Source: Takakia lepidozioides
Lineage: Eukaryota; Plantae; Bryophyta
Length of the DNA: 64,000 nt
Assembly (NCBI GenBank): GCA_030704615.1
Contig: CM060733.1
Coordinates: forward strand, 56,668,001-56,732,000
Direction: 5' to 3'
The stretch's first letter is position 1; each line of letters opens with the position of its first letter. Made by a program: the position numbers and the translations under genes. Below the pieces are notes generated by a model, which made no database searches, was not told the origin of the DNA, and saw only the letters and a list, made by a program, of their open reading frames with translations. This document shows positions 40,052 to 54,149 of this stretch, in pieces.

Positions 40052-43000
40052 TTACCCCTTCCCTCTCAAAAAGCCGTGTCCTCACGGTTTACTGATTGGG
40101 ATTAGCAAACCTTTGTGAACGAGCACCTTTCTGACGTTGAGAGTCTCGTGAAGGACTCTGTGTACGAGCCCGAGGTCTGTCACTGGTTGACGGAGATGAT
40201 TGAACACTACTTGGATATGTGAGGCCCTCTGGAGGCTGATATCGAGGTAATCTTTCAGGCATAGGAGACCCCCGTCGCTTCTTCTCTGCCATCTGAATTG
40301 CATAGTTTTTTTCCATGTCAAAAGAGTCCGCTGAAGAAACAGTTGTATCAGAATCCTCATCGCTTCTCAGGTGTTTTAACTGCCGAACTTTTTGTGGAAT
40401 CCTCTGGGGCATACAATGTTGTCCTACCATGTCTGGAAGTTTAAATTTTAAAACTTGCTATAAACGCTGAATGGCAAAATTGGTGAAGACCCTGAGCTCC
40501 TTGTCTGTCCAAGTGAGTGGGGTACCAATGACTTGTGAATTGTGCAAGTATTTCCATGCCTCCTGTCCGTTAAAGAAAATATCGTCAGGGCCGAATTTCT
40601 GTGTTGACAAATTGTTCCAGGCCGCATGAAACCATGAACGAATTTGAGAATCCTTTTGCATCATAACTTTTGCCTCATATAGGTACATATGAGGTGGCAC
40701 TGAAGGTAAGACCCAATGATCCCCACTGGAATAACTCAGAAAGCGCGATTATCTTGTGCTGCTCAATGTGATAACGTACCAGAAAACAAGCAGCGTAGTA
40801 TACCCACATCCCATGACAATACTTGCTACCTCCTTGGTCTTGGTATAAATGAATCCATGTACAACTTGGAAGGCAATTAATTCCTTCAACATGGTACTTG
40901 CCTCATGCCAATACTACGCAAAGTGATGATCCTCAATGGGTCGATTGTTTGGAAGAACCTTAGTTATAGTTGCCACTGGCAGCCAAATGCGCATGATTTG
41001 ATAGTAATGTGCCAATGACTGCGGAGGACTAAATTCTTTCCAAGCCAAATCCAACACAATGGGAATTTGGTTGAAGGGCATAATCATAGCCCTACTGTAC
41101 TCCCTTGCAGCTGGAGTTTTAGGTGGGTTAAAAGCAGCATTCCCCCATACCTCAGGCTGTGCTGGCTGTGGTGTGGCTATAGTAACAACAGGGTCAGCTA
41201 CTGGCACAGTGACTTGTTGTGGTGTTGGTGGCACTGGCTCTTGTACCATTTGCATCTCCTGCATCTCCTATGAAGAAGACCTAAAAGCCAAAGTTCTCGC
41301 TTTTAAATAAAAAGCCATTAGCTGTTCCTCAGGTACACAGACTCTCTTGTCGATATTTGAAGTGAGGTCCTCCACTTGAGTCTGCAAGCCGTCTACATCC
41401 TCCTGTAACTCCGCTATCCTACTATAGACATTGTCTATAGTAGTTGTGGCAATGTTCTGCACTTGCAGTCTGAGCTCATTCATCTCGCTTTGGGTGAGCT
41501 TTCGTGGTGTTTTTCCCTCCACTGGCCCTTGTGCTAACCAGACCTGCATAAGGTGGTTATCCACCAAGTTGCTTGTGGTACCTCTGAGAGTCTGCTCCTC
41601 TCTGAGTTTGTACATATCTAACTGTTGTTGTAAAGCCTCCATGCGCTTCGCATGAGGTTCAACCAAATTCGCATAGGCAGCAAGCAGATTATTGGCTTCC
41701 TTCCAAGCCTTGTTAGTGACAGAGATTTCATTTCTATTGGCCATGACCGTTTGTTGCAACTCCAGGATGTGCCTCTCTTGATCAGCTTCAACCTGCCTAT
41801 ATTGCTTGAAAGTATCCTCATTGCGACAGATTGTATTCTTCATATCGACAATGAGTTTCACTTGCTCAACATTCTCTGCCTCTGCCTTCATACATCTTTC
41901 CGCTTGACTGTTTATTTCTATTGTAGATTGGTCAAGCATAGTTGTGAGAGTAGCACATTGGATGGACATCCTGTCATGCACTGTCTGCAACTCCGTATGT
42001 AGTGCATTCACTTGTTGCAACTTGCTTTCATGCTTCACCTGCATTTGGTATAGCTGTTGCTTATGTGCTTCGTGCAACTGGTCTTGCGCGAGGCCTGCCT
42101 CAATCAATTGTTCCTTGGCCAATTGCAAAGCCGCTTCTGTACTCTCCAAGTCTTGCTGTATCTTGAGAGTGACCTCTTCATCTACCTTGTTTGCACACTC
42201 TGTGGCAAGTCGAGCCTCAAACTCCTTCCTGAGTTCCTCCCTCAAAGCTGCCAATTGAGTAGTGGGAACATGGGATTTGACATAAATACCCAACAAATTA
42301 AGTGTCATGCTTATGGAACTCATAAGCATGGCCTGTTGAGGGTCATCTTGGTGAGCTTGCTGCTGTTCTCCCTGATCCTCAACAGTGTGATGCCTTACGA
42401 ACCACTCAGGCCATTGCCCCACCAGATTTTCTTCCTGAACCTTCATCCGTCACCGGTGCTGCAGTGTCTTGACATTCTACCTGTGGTACCTCCGTCACAG
42501 GTGTGTGTATTATATGCACCGCAGGGTTTTCCCCTGGACAACCGTTGCACCTCCGGAATCACTGTGTCCTTGACCATACCAGAATATTCATAGAGAAGGT
42601 CCCCCTTCTCAATTTCTGCCACCACCTGTTCTGTAGTGGGAATATCTAACCCTTCTTTTTCCAAATCAATTATTTCTGGTGGAATTGCATGGACAACTTG
42701 TGGTAACTCTGTGACAAGTCGATCATCTGGCTGTGATGGCTGTGATACTGAAGTAACTTCCTCTTCCCTCTCTGAAGGTCCTACTTCCAGTAATAGCAGT
42801 TCTCTGAGCTGCTGTGCCTCTTCCTGCACAAGAGCTTGGGAAACATTATCATGCGGATTCCGTGAAGCCAGTGGATCCGCCACTACAGTCTTTCCCCGCC
42901 TCTGTCTCTTAGTCTCGGGTTGCCCTGCCAGTCCACCCTCACTCTGTGAAGAGCCTTGCTCTTCCATTGTAGTGGTTTCGGCCTCAAACACTCCCATCTC

Positions 43001-43868
43001 CTTTCTTTCTCGAACATCAAGTATGCCAGAATCAAGAATTATTTGAGCAATGATTGGGCCAGACACTATGATAGGAGACTTTGCGGCAGTACCCTGTAAT
43101 CTTTTCATCTCTTCTACCAGTGCGTTGTACATTATGTCCGCCCATTCTACCTCTTCTCCTCTCAGGGCTTTGAGTATTTCTTTTGTGAAGGATCTGCTCA
43201 AATACTGTTGGTTCGGTTTCATGGCAAACAGAACGTTCAATACCTGGCCTACCTCCCTTAGCCCTGGGTACACGGCCTTGGTACAAGCATAACCCTGAGT
43301 TTTAAAGAAATTCCCTTCTTGGAATAAGTCCCCTATTTGCAGTCTTGCCCTGTGCTCCTCCACATGCACCTGACCTGCTAGCAATCGAAACAATTGCTGT
43401 AGGTATAGGGGAGTAATTACTAATTCAACTCCCTTCACCGTTGTTGCTCCTGTCCTTGGCTCAAAGTTCTGCAAGAATTGTAGCTTTGAAGCTATGGAGG
43501 AACTAACAAACTATACGCTCGCAATATTACTTACGCAGTGGCATAGGGACGAAAGAACAGAGCGGATCTTTTCTCTTGATCGATGCTTGCAAGCCCCGCA
43601 TGCTTACAAGAAATTACCCATAGCTTTTTGTGGCAACCATACGTTTATGCTTTGTGCCCTGCAGGCATTTCTTCAATTGTTACAGCCAAAACATTTCTGT
43701 GGGTCTAGAATGAAGAGAGTGAGAGGAATGGAAGAAATCAGGGTGAAGAGCACCACAATCCTGCAGAAACAAACGATTGCTACTCCACAGGCGGTAAAGT
43801 TACTGAAGGAGCTGCGATTGGAAGGATTGCAAAGCAAAGATTGGACATTGCACCATAGACAGTACATG
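40052..43868 (-). mobile_element. 3' extra-ORF region of element B (43481-43868 locally inverted)
   Basis: ORFs 40089-43474 on the minus strand and 43494-43868 on the plus strand are colinear paralogs of element A extra ORF. Confidence 0.88.
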
Positions 43869-45030
43869 CAAAATGAGAGGACGTATGATGGCTGCGATCT
43901 CATTGAAAGTATTGGTGCACTAACATGAATTTCAGAGTTTGAGGCAAAGCCAAAAGGGCCAAGGTTTGCGAGAGCACACAAGAAACAAGAGCATATTTGG
44001 TTCACGTTGGAAAAAGACAACTCCATCCCTCTTGCTGACCTTGGTGATTTCTCTTCTGTTCAGTCAGATTATTGCATTGTTGAGGCTTTGAAATCTGGTT
44101 TTCTTGAAGCCCAAGACCTATGTAGCAGCTTGGGAATGAAACCAAGTGATGTGACCAGATCTGAATGGTGGAATCAGCCATGGAATATTGAAAAGAAGAT
44201 AAGAGGTTCAGCTTTTCAAATGCATGCAGGAGGATGGTGACATTGTTCTTGATGGTCTTTGTTTGGAAGTTGATGGAGAAACCCATGTCGAACCTGAAAC
44301 TATGCAGGATCCTTCTTTAAGTGCAATGGAGGATATTTCGGACCCTTTGCAGGTGCATACAGAGGATATTATTGTTCAAAGAGAATTTCGGCATACCTTG
44401 GATGCCCTTATTGATGAGTAAGAAGGAGAGGAAGAAGATGAGAAATCACCTATTATTTCATTTGTCATAGTTGATGGAAAGGCTATTTTCAAGCGTACCT
44501 TGATTAGCCAATTAAATGGCAACCCCACTCTTTCCAAAGACAGGTTAACACGAGTTCGAAGTGGAATTTCACTTTGCAAAGAGAAAAATTCCAGCCACAT
44601 TAATCCAAAAACAATGTTAGGATTAGGATCTGATTGTGCCGTTTTTTTTTGTTGATACGGTCGTCAACCAAACCCCGGTTGGAAATAGGAGAGGTAGACC
44701 AGCAAAAACCACTAGAGCATCAACAAAAGGTGTTTGGTATTTGGGTAGGGTTCAGAAAATGCGTCAAAAAGTCAATAATCGACGAATTGAGCATAAGGAT
44801 CCAATTGATTTGTTGAATCGGCCTTCCAATGTAGAAATACGTTTAGCTTGGTACCAAAAAGTGAAAGGATCAATTTACTCCTATGATTTGACGACAATAT
44901 GATGGTTGATCTAGAGTCTATCATAGCATTAGCTTTTTTAAAGTATGATGCAACCTCTAATAGGTATAAGCTCAATCCAAATGATAAAACAGTTTTTAAC
45001 AATTTTATCAATGGAAAATAGATTTGACAC
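43869..45030 (+). mobile_element. Decayed C-terminal fragment of a probable DNA-transposon gene
   Basis: Broken frames including GKAIFKRTLISQLNGNPTLSKDRLTRVRSG, a motif I associate with repeat-encoded proteins; followed by an AT-rich tail. Confidence 0.35.
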
Positions 45031-45329
45031 TAATTTTTATTTGTTATACAAGTTATTTTAAATATTTTTTAAATCTGATGTAAAAAATTTGTCACAATTT
45101 TGTATTAAAAATTATACATAAATAAATGGTTTATTATATTCTGAATCCACACATGAATACATACAGCAGGTTGTTGTTATTCATTAAAATATATTTTTAT
45201 ATAAATACTTTAGGGGGTTTAATAAATTTTAAAATGTATGTATACATATGATAAATTCATGAAGTAACCTATGTATAGGGGTATTTTTTATTGACTAATG
45301 CACGCATGTGATATGGTCTTTTTGTGAAG

Positions 45330-48300
45330 AGTGAACCCCCCAGGGCATCTGTATGAATCTCAAATGGACGGTCGAACTCTGGGATTTTTAAGACTGGAGC
45401 TTCTGCCATCCGCTGCTTCAACTCGGCAAAAGCTTGGCCACAAAAGGTATTCCATACCCATACCTTGGACTTACATAGAAGGTCTGACAGCGGCCCCGCG
45501 ATCTTGGCAAATTTTCTCACATACTTTTGGTAATAGGAGGCGAGTTCTAGGAAGGATCGCACTCCTGGGACCGAAGTCGGAGGTTCCCAGTCCAAGATCG
45601 CCCTCACCTTTCTGTCATCCATTTTGATCCCATCCTGTGTAATCACATGCCCTAGAAACTCTACTTTTATGACCCCGAATTCGCACTTTGAAGCTTTGGC
45701 ATACAGCTTCCCTTCCCGTAATTTCTGGAACACCCTTTTGAGGTGCTCCAAGTGCTCTTCCTTCATTTTCAAGTACATCAAGATGTCGTCGATGTACATG
45801 ATCACAAAATCACGCAACCACTCCTGAAAGAGGCAGTTCATCAAGGTGCTAAAGGTTGCTGGCGCGTTGGTGAGCCCAAAAGACATCACCAAAAATTCGT
45901 ATGAGCCATACCTTGTTCTACATGCTGTCTTTTCTCATCTCCTTCCACTATCTAGATCTGGTGGTAAACAGAACGTAAATCGATCCGGCTGAAATACTTT
46001 GTTCCTGCCAACCAATCGAAGAGGTCGTCGATCATTGGCAAAGGATACCGGTTTTTGATAGTCACCTTATTCAGAGCCCTGTAATCGACACACATCCGCA
46101 ACGTCCCATCCTTCTTATTTGCAAATAGTATCGGGGCTCCGTAAGGTGACTTACTCGTCCGGATGTACCCCTTTGCCATTAGATCCTTGAGTTGGGCCTT
46201 CAGCTCAACCAACTCCCTGTGGCTCAACCGGTAGGGCGCCTTGACAGGCGGCTCCGATCCCGGTATCACCTCTATCTTGTGGTCAACTCCGCCTCGCGGT
46301 GGCAAGCTGCTTGGTAAATCCTCCAGCATCACATCCTAGTATTTCTCCATGATCCCCTTGATCCAATCTGGGCTCGGCTCCTTATCGACTTCTCCTTTCA
46401 CTTGTCTTACGTAAAGCAAAAACTGGGGCTCGTGTGGCTCTTCCAAGGCCCACTCCTTTGCTTATAGCAGGTTTATTCGCCCTTCCACTCAATTGGGCAT
46501 TTCCGACACCTGTAAAACTTCACCACCATTCCCACATGGTAGCGTGAGTACTCTCTTGCGGCCATCTATGACCGCTCTGGATTTGCTCAAAAAAAGGTCA
46601 TCCCCAAAATGAGATCCACTCCATCGATCTCGCAAATGGTGAAGTTCTCACGTCCCTCCCAACTCCCCAGCTAAAGAGGAACATCGAACGCCAACCTCGT
46701 CGCCAGTTGTGGTTCTCCGTTGGCAAAACGCACTTCAATAGAGGCCCCCACATCAGTTGTCAAGAGCCCCAGCTTTCGTGTCGTTGCCGGTGTCATAAAG
46801 GAGTGCGACGCTCTCGTGTCCACCAACAACGACATGTTAGTTCCGAAAATTATCCCACTCACGAACATTAACTGACTCCCTCTACGCAAGGCTCCAATTT
46901 CCTGATACAACTCACAAGAGTAGTTGCCTACCTTGCAAGTCTTGACGACCACCGCTTCCACCAAGCGGCTGATGGAATCTTCGGACAACTCCGTGGTTGC
47001 CTGAATCATGTTCAATTGTCGGGGTTTTGCGCGCACTTCTTGGCCATGTGCCCGGGCTCCCCGCAATTAAAACACACTCCATCGAAGGTCGTCTTCTGTC
47101 CGCCATAAGCCGCCGCACCTGATTTTTCTTTCGGAGCACCGGGTGCCGCCTTGACGTGTGAAGACCCTCCCTTTGATTTCCATGTGCCATTGTCGCCGCG
47201 TGGCCTATCCCACTTCTTTTCCGGTCGGAAAGAGTCACCTTCCCACCGGGCCTTCTTGTGGTTCAGCTTCGTACGGCCTTGTCTTTCGCCCCTAGGGACA
47301 TCCGAGAAACATTCAGCCCTTTCAATTGCCTCGTTCAAAGTCTTTGGTGGCTTCTTCTCCAACTTCCGTCTGGCCCATGAGGCCAGTCCCGCCACAAAGT
47401 TGAAGACCATTTCTGGTTCCGCCATATCCGCGATTTTGAGCAACAACACATTGAAAGCCCTGAATGTATCCCCAAATGTCATCCATTTGCTTCAAGTTTC
47501 TCATCTTGTCCCGGGCGAGCGAAGACGGGCACAAATTGTCTTTTCATAAGTTCCTTGAATCCACTCCAGCTCAAGGTTTCTGGGTTTGGCCCTTGGTCAT
47601 GAAGGCGCTTCTACCACCATTGTTGAGCATAGCCCCTCAAATAGGTGGGAGCCACTTCCACCCGATCCTCGTCACTCAACTTGACCGCTCGGAAGTACTG
47701 TTCCAGCTCCAAGAGCCAGGTGTTGAGTGCCTTCCGATTTCGGACGCCCTCAAAGGTGTCGGGTTCCTTAGGCTTTATCTTAAACTTCGCCTTAGTGGAA
47801 GTGGCATTAGCCGCCCTCATCACGTCTTTCAACGTCCCGCCAGACTGCACCAACAACCCTTCCCAAAAGGCTGCTGGCATGGGAGACATCTGTTGGTCTG
47901 GCGGAGCCTCTGGAAAGTCCTCGGGCTCCGACTCCCCAAACTCCTCCCGTTCTTGAGCGGCCTCGCTTTCAGAAGCATAAATCGTCTCTTCCATTTGCCG
48001 CTTCGGTGACACGTCGCCCCACCGGGCTCACCAGAATCATTGTCTTTCGGGCCGTTCCGCTTTTGCTTTGTCTTGCCCGACCCCATGGTGAGGCCGATCT
48101 GAAGGATGATCGCGTACTGAACTCTAAGTTCTGATACCAAGTGCCGCGCACCTCACTTCGGTAGGCTCCCCTTCAAGTCATAGTTACTCGCTTTGATGCG
48201 CGCCTAACTCCCAAACTGGCCGCCGGACCAACTCGGAGCTTTGGCTGCTCACCGGGGCATAATGGTCCCCTTTTGCTCCTCCACGAGACCCTCGCACACT

Positions 48301-48864
48301 TTGGGCCTAGTGAAAATTCCCTTTGGTTGTTGACAGTCCGGAACAGCTCCCCACACCTTGGTCGCTTTCCGGCTTGCACACTTACTCACTAGTTTTTGGT
48401 CACCAACGGGCTTGCACCGTTCTCGGGGTTACTACTCCATATATATACTTCTGTGACTGTCCGCGGGGGTTTTACAAACAACACAGTCATTTTATGGCGA
48501 ACCACCACGAAGACCCTTGATTCCCGATGATGAGTCGCGGTGAGTCTTGGCCCACCCACCACGGCCCCAATGGACCGTGATGAGTCCCAAGACTCCCCAC
48601 GACTCCCACCACAAGTTCTTAGCCCCATGGTGAGTCCTATCCTATCCCCACTAACACCCAGTAAGCTACCACCACCCCTCGTGGAACCACCCCCACCGCA
48701 ACCCGGTGTGTGGGGCTCCACCTAGTGAGTGCCTCCGCCTCCTTGAGTGCCTTGGGCACTCAAGGGTGCTTCAGCCCCCATAGCTATTGTTGCCACTGCC
48801 CCCACCACAGGGGCAGCCCCTCTTGTGTCCCAACTCCCTGCCCTCAAGGCAAAGGGCCGCGGCA
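45330..48864 (-). mobile_element. Older truncated copy of the chromovirus family: 5' LTR 48142-48864, PBS, gag, protease, RT and partial RNase H
   Basis: Colinear with 52521-59490; PBS TGGTATCAGA; multiple stops; ends at HTDA. Confidence 0.9.
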
Positions 48865-49481
48865 TCCTCCCTCTCTATCTCTCAGTCTACCATCCTTCTT
48901 CTCTCAATAATAATGATTGCTGCTTTCTCCTACTGCTTACTTGCCTTGTATTCTTCAAAAACTCGTAGATCAGCCCCTTACCTGGAGCCATTCTACTTTG
49001 ATCACCGCTCAACTGATTGTTCTAATTCTAAATACATTACCCACCTTGGGTATACCTTTGCCCAGCATAGCTACGGCGTGAGCCCAGCCCCGAGAGCCTG
49101 GGAGTTGAGCTCACGTTGTAGCTGCAAAGCGTGAGCTGAGCTCACGCTTTAGGGAAGTGTGAGCGGCACAAATCTGCTGGAGAGACAGGTCCTATAGGCG
49201 AGGATTGCAGGAAGAGGGCCTATTACCATGGACAAAACAAAGGGGGCCGCCATGCACACCGTCTGCAATGCCTGCACAAAAAGAGGAATATGAGCATATG
49301 GTAGATTTGATCTCAGAATGATTGACACACTTTATTTCAATTCACAGATAGACGCTTACAATGAATGGCATGTGCAATTGCCCTGGTTCCGTGAACGAAA
49401 TGTATGTGTTTGTCCTAAATGCAAAGTCTTCACACGATAACCTGGAAACCAGCATGGGAAGTGGGCATGGCTCGTATGTGT

Positions 49482-52400
49482 TCAAAGAGAATCTGGCGGA
49501 GCCCTACGCGAGGTGTCCCGTTGTAGAAGAGTGATGACTTCTCCATAGCCTAGTGTGGCTTGGTGAATGAACTGGTCTTTCTTACCGTCGCAGCACATAA
49601 TTACAAGGTATATGTAATATTGATGCTTGCAGGGAACCCACTTCCCTCTCATGCCGAGAGCGCCCTCACGCATCGTTACAAAATCCGGACAAGTGCACGT
49701 AGGGAAATTCCCCACGGTAACCTGATATTCTTTGCCATGAAGAACTGAGCCAGTAGACAACACTGCGTAAATCCATCCATACCCTAGGGCCGGGACTTCG
49801 GTGATACGAGTCACCCGAGCCTGCAAAATTCTACCCAATTCCATCTTGCAGTCGTGATCTGCACCCAAAGCGACACGGCGCACTGTTTTTCCATCTCTTT
49901 TTGTTGGGTGGGAGTCGGCACCGGGTGGAGGCATTGCCGGAGCATGTGGCACATCTGCGCCCATAGTGCATGAGGGCACCACCCGGGACCGTGCAAGACG
50001 GAACCCTCCCTCCTCCAGCATGCTTATCTCGGTTGATGACAGTGACATCCCAAGTTTCACAGGCCAAATTGCGGACGGAGGGGGCTTTAATATCACCGAA
50101 TGACAAACTGTTCCCTTGACGCATCGTGCCATATCGTCTGGGCAGAACCAGAACTTGTGGTCCTTTGACTCCCCACTATGATAAGGTCGGAACAACCCTA
50201 TGAATGTTGGAGCTGGAGTCCCCCTGGAGCCTTTGCATATTTTTTATTGGCATTTCTTGAAAGAGGGTCAGGGTCCGAATTGCCATGCAAGCCACTCTAG
50301 ACCCTGGTGGGGTGCATTCTATATGCCACTCACTGTCAATGCAATCAGATTCATGCACCGAGGATACCACCTCCTCCAATGGGATTCCTGCTGTTGTGCT
50401 TGCATGATTTGCACATGCTCCACTGGAAGAGGACCCACCTGGGAAGGGGCGGGCACACAACTTAGTCTACACCGGAGACACCTTTGGTACAGAGAAATTG
50501 ACCCTGTCCGGCCGATAGGAATCTCCATCCGACCCTGGAGGAGTGTTCAATTTCCTTTTGCATGATCCAAATGTTTCCTCGCCTTCCAAATGGGGGACCC
50601 TGGATTGCAAAGGGGAGCCTTCAGTGCACCTGTTCAGAGCTTTGGCCATCTTTGATGGGTCTCCGGACCTGCTCGCAGCCCTTAGCATCAACAAAGTCGT
50701 ATCAAGGCCCTTGCCTCCGCCCCGTCCCATCAGAAAATTGCGGTATCTGGTTTGTTGTGTAAGTGCCCGCACCATGTCATCTGCAGTGGCCACATATAAA
50801 TCACATCCTACTTTGGTAGACTGCTGCATCCAGGCGTTGTGAACAGTCTCCACCAAATTATAGGAAGGCATGTCGGCCAAGTCCTCCAAGGACATGTCTT
50901 GCAGGAGGCATTGCATGCAAATGTGAGGAACGAAAGGAAATGGAAGAGGTTCTGCAAGTGACAATCCAACAACCCCAAAGGAACAGACACGATGCAAAGT
51001 GAAATTTGTGTTTCTGGGATTGAAGAGGCTTACCGTCGTCATGAAAGCTCCCCATGGTCTATACCTGAAGTGCCAGAAATCCAACCAGTCCTCCAACTCC
51101 TTCAGGTGGATACCAGTAGCAGCACAAGAGGAGAACCACCAAGCTTGGATTGCTTGGTAAGTGCTCTCAGATTCTCCCATTGAGGTGACATTTTTGTACT
51201 TGAGGCCGAACCTTCTATGCTCCAACTGAAGGTCAGGATGAATGCAATGCTTTGTACGACGTGCCAGAGATTGACTCCAATGGAAGAGGCATGTACGCTC
51301 CCTATTTTCCATTGGGACCTTAGGATCCCCCGAACCAAAGACGCGCCGCACTGCATTGAAATTTGCCGGTGCACTATCAGCCATGAAGCCCATAAAATTT
51401 GTGGTCTGCATTCCATTGCGCTGCATGACGGCCAAGAGAGAATTCCACATGAGCATCTGGGATTCAGTGTCCTCCTACTGCATATCACAAATTTCTATGG
51501 AGAGCACACGCTGGTATGCTGGATTGTACACATGGCACGCCATGGTTGTCCAACCCTTCACCCGTTTGCAGTGATCAAACATTAACCAACATTTTGCCAA
51601 ATCTCCTACAGGTTGCATTCGGCGGACTATGCTCACACCACTGCCTTCGCCCACTGTGGACATCTTGAACAAATACACCTTGGACAAACCCTGGCCAAGG
51701 AAGATACTGTTTTGAGTGCATTCATAGCAACTACTCCATTTGAGGTCCATAATGTTGTCCATGAATCCAGCACTGCTCGTGCCCATTCTGAGTGCATTCA
51801 CCTGGTTTTGAATATTGGGAGAGCTCAACACGGAGAAATGGTCCATCACTGCATCAAGCGAATCTCATCCAACATTGGTTGTCCCCTTCACCCAGTATGT
51901 GTTTTTCTAGGAATGCCTTGCTAGCTGCAAGCGCTATAGCAGAAGGTGTTGCACAAGGGGCATTGTGGAACTCCTGTTTCAACAGATTTCTAGCGATGTC
52001 CACGCTATCCCTGCAACTTTCCTTCGACACAGGATGCTCGTGTGTACCCATATGAATGCAGGCACGAATCATTGTTTTGCATCAGTGTGCCACCTGGTAC
52101 ATACGAGTGTGGCACACAGAAACACGGGACGGGGCAAGTTTGCAGAACTTGCACACAAAAGTATTGGTCTTGGGAGGGGCAAGCCCTGGGGTGAAAGGAT
52201 TCAGGGGCACACCTTCCCACTCACTTTCGTTTGGTTTAGCGCTGTTTCTCAGGCGAGGGCAAGAAATATTCACGCACTTGCAATGCCCAACGCAAATCGA
52301 CCTTCGAAATTTCAATCCAATGTCGTTGTGGATGTTCAATGTTTTTGTCCTACACCAAGGGTGTCCGTCATGTTTCTTGTCCATGCCCTGCAGAAGCCCA

Positions 52401-52520
52401 GCTAGTCCACTGGAAGACGTGGGAGGGTTGAGCTCAAGCAAGATATCCCCGTCAAACTCTGCTGGCACATATTGAACCCGCTGCACCCGAAGGGACTCCC
52501 AATCAACAAAACGCAACTCG
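49482..52520 (-). mobile_element. Mutator-like (MULE) transposase, degenerate, C-terminal part
   Basis: Cys/His GCM/WRKY-like region (DGHPW...CVGHCKC...HEHP), DDE core (LMFDH, FMADSA, RTCLFHW, NLVETVH) and SWIM finger CTCPDF...CKH. Confidence 0.8.
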
Positions 52521-54149
52521 TGTCGCACACCTCACTTCGGTAAACTCCCCTTCAAGTCATAGTTACTCGCTTTGATGCGCGCGCCTGACTCCCAACCTGG
52601 CCGCCGGGCCAACTTGGAGTTTCGGCTGCTCACCGGGACATAACGGTCCCCTTCCGCTTCCCTCTAAACCCTCCACCTATTTGGGACTAGGAGAATTCCC
52701 TTTGGTAGATGGCAGTCCGGAACAGCTCCCCACTCTTTGGTCGCTTTCCGGCTCGCTCGCTTACTCACTAGTTTTTGGTCACCAACGGGCTTGCACCGTT
52801 CTCGGGGTTACTACTCCCTATATATACTTCTGTAGCTGTCCGCGGGGGTTTCATAACCAGCCATGCCATTTTATGGCGAACCACCACGAAAACCCTCGAC
52901 TCCCGGTGGTGAGTCGCGGTGAGTCTTGGCCCACTCACCGCGGCCCCAATGGACCGTGATGAGTCCCAAGACTCCCCACGACTCCCACCTCGAGGTCTCC
53001 ACCCCATGGTGAGTCCTATGCCACCCCCACTAAGTCCCACTAAGCTACCACCACCCCTTGTGGAGCCACCTCCACCGCAACCCGGTGTGCGGGGCTCCAC
53101 CTAGTGAGCGCCTCCGCCTCCTTGAGTGCCTTGGGCACTCAAGGGTGCTTCAGCCCCCCATACCTATCGCCGCCGCTGCCCCCACCACAGGGGCAGCCCC
53201 TCATGTGTCCCGACCCCCTGCCCTCAAGGCAAAGGGCCGCGACACACACCCCTACCAACAGGGAGTCGATGTCCTCATCGACTTGTCCATTTTGTAGAAA
53301 CGAACATCCAAGTTGTGGCGTCCCACATCAAGGAGTTTGTTTCCGTACCATGGCGTCCCATGGCAAAGAACCAAACCCCACACTTGACTCCACTCTCCAC
53401 TAGCTAGTTCGGCCGACTTCCTCCAAGTCCCGGCCAAGGGTGGAGCCTCTCCAGCTCCTCCCAGTGCACTCTTCTTGGCCTACTTCAAGGCCAAGGAACG
53501 ATCCTCCCCGAGGATCGAATCGCCTTACTGCAACAACATTGCTTGCGATCGCTCATGATGCCGCTTTTGGCATCACCTTGAGCAAGGGTTCACCTGAACC
53601 CTCTTTGACTAGGAAGATAACCTTGAACCAACCGTGCGCCCCAATCACTACAATTGGGTCCGCCTTGGAATGCTGGCCTGAGGTACGGGAACACGCCGAA
53701 GCCGCACTACGACTTCGTCCCGAGGCTACACGATTATAGTACGTGAACGGAAGCACGTAGCTTCCGCGTTAGCCCGCACTACAAGGCAACCCCCTCGGTA
53801 GCGCAGTTATAGTACGCGCACGCGCCAGGTGCGCACTAGCACTTGAACTCCCAAATAAGGCGCAAGTTTCCTTGCCCCTTGGATGGGAGTCACCCGATTT
53901 CGGCACTGCGCAAACACACGATTAACCCAATTTACCTCTCCCACTTTTGTAAGCTAGCATGCATTCTACACACCAGCCAACCACACCATGCATCACCATT
54001 CCAAACACAATAGGACGCACAATATTTGGAACCCATTTCCTTTATCACAAATTTTTGTACAATACAAGTTTTTGCAATCGGATTCCTGAGCTAGCTAAAC
54101 CGGGCTAAGCATGCATTTCCTCCCCCACGCTCCAAGGTTGATGTCCCCA

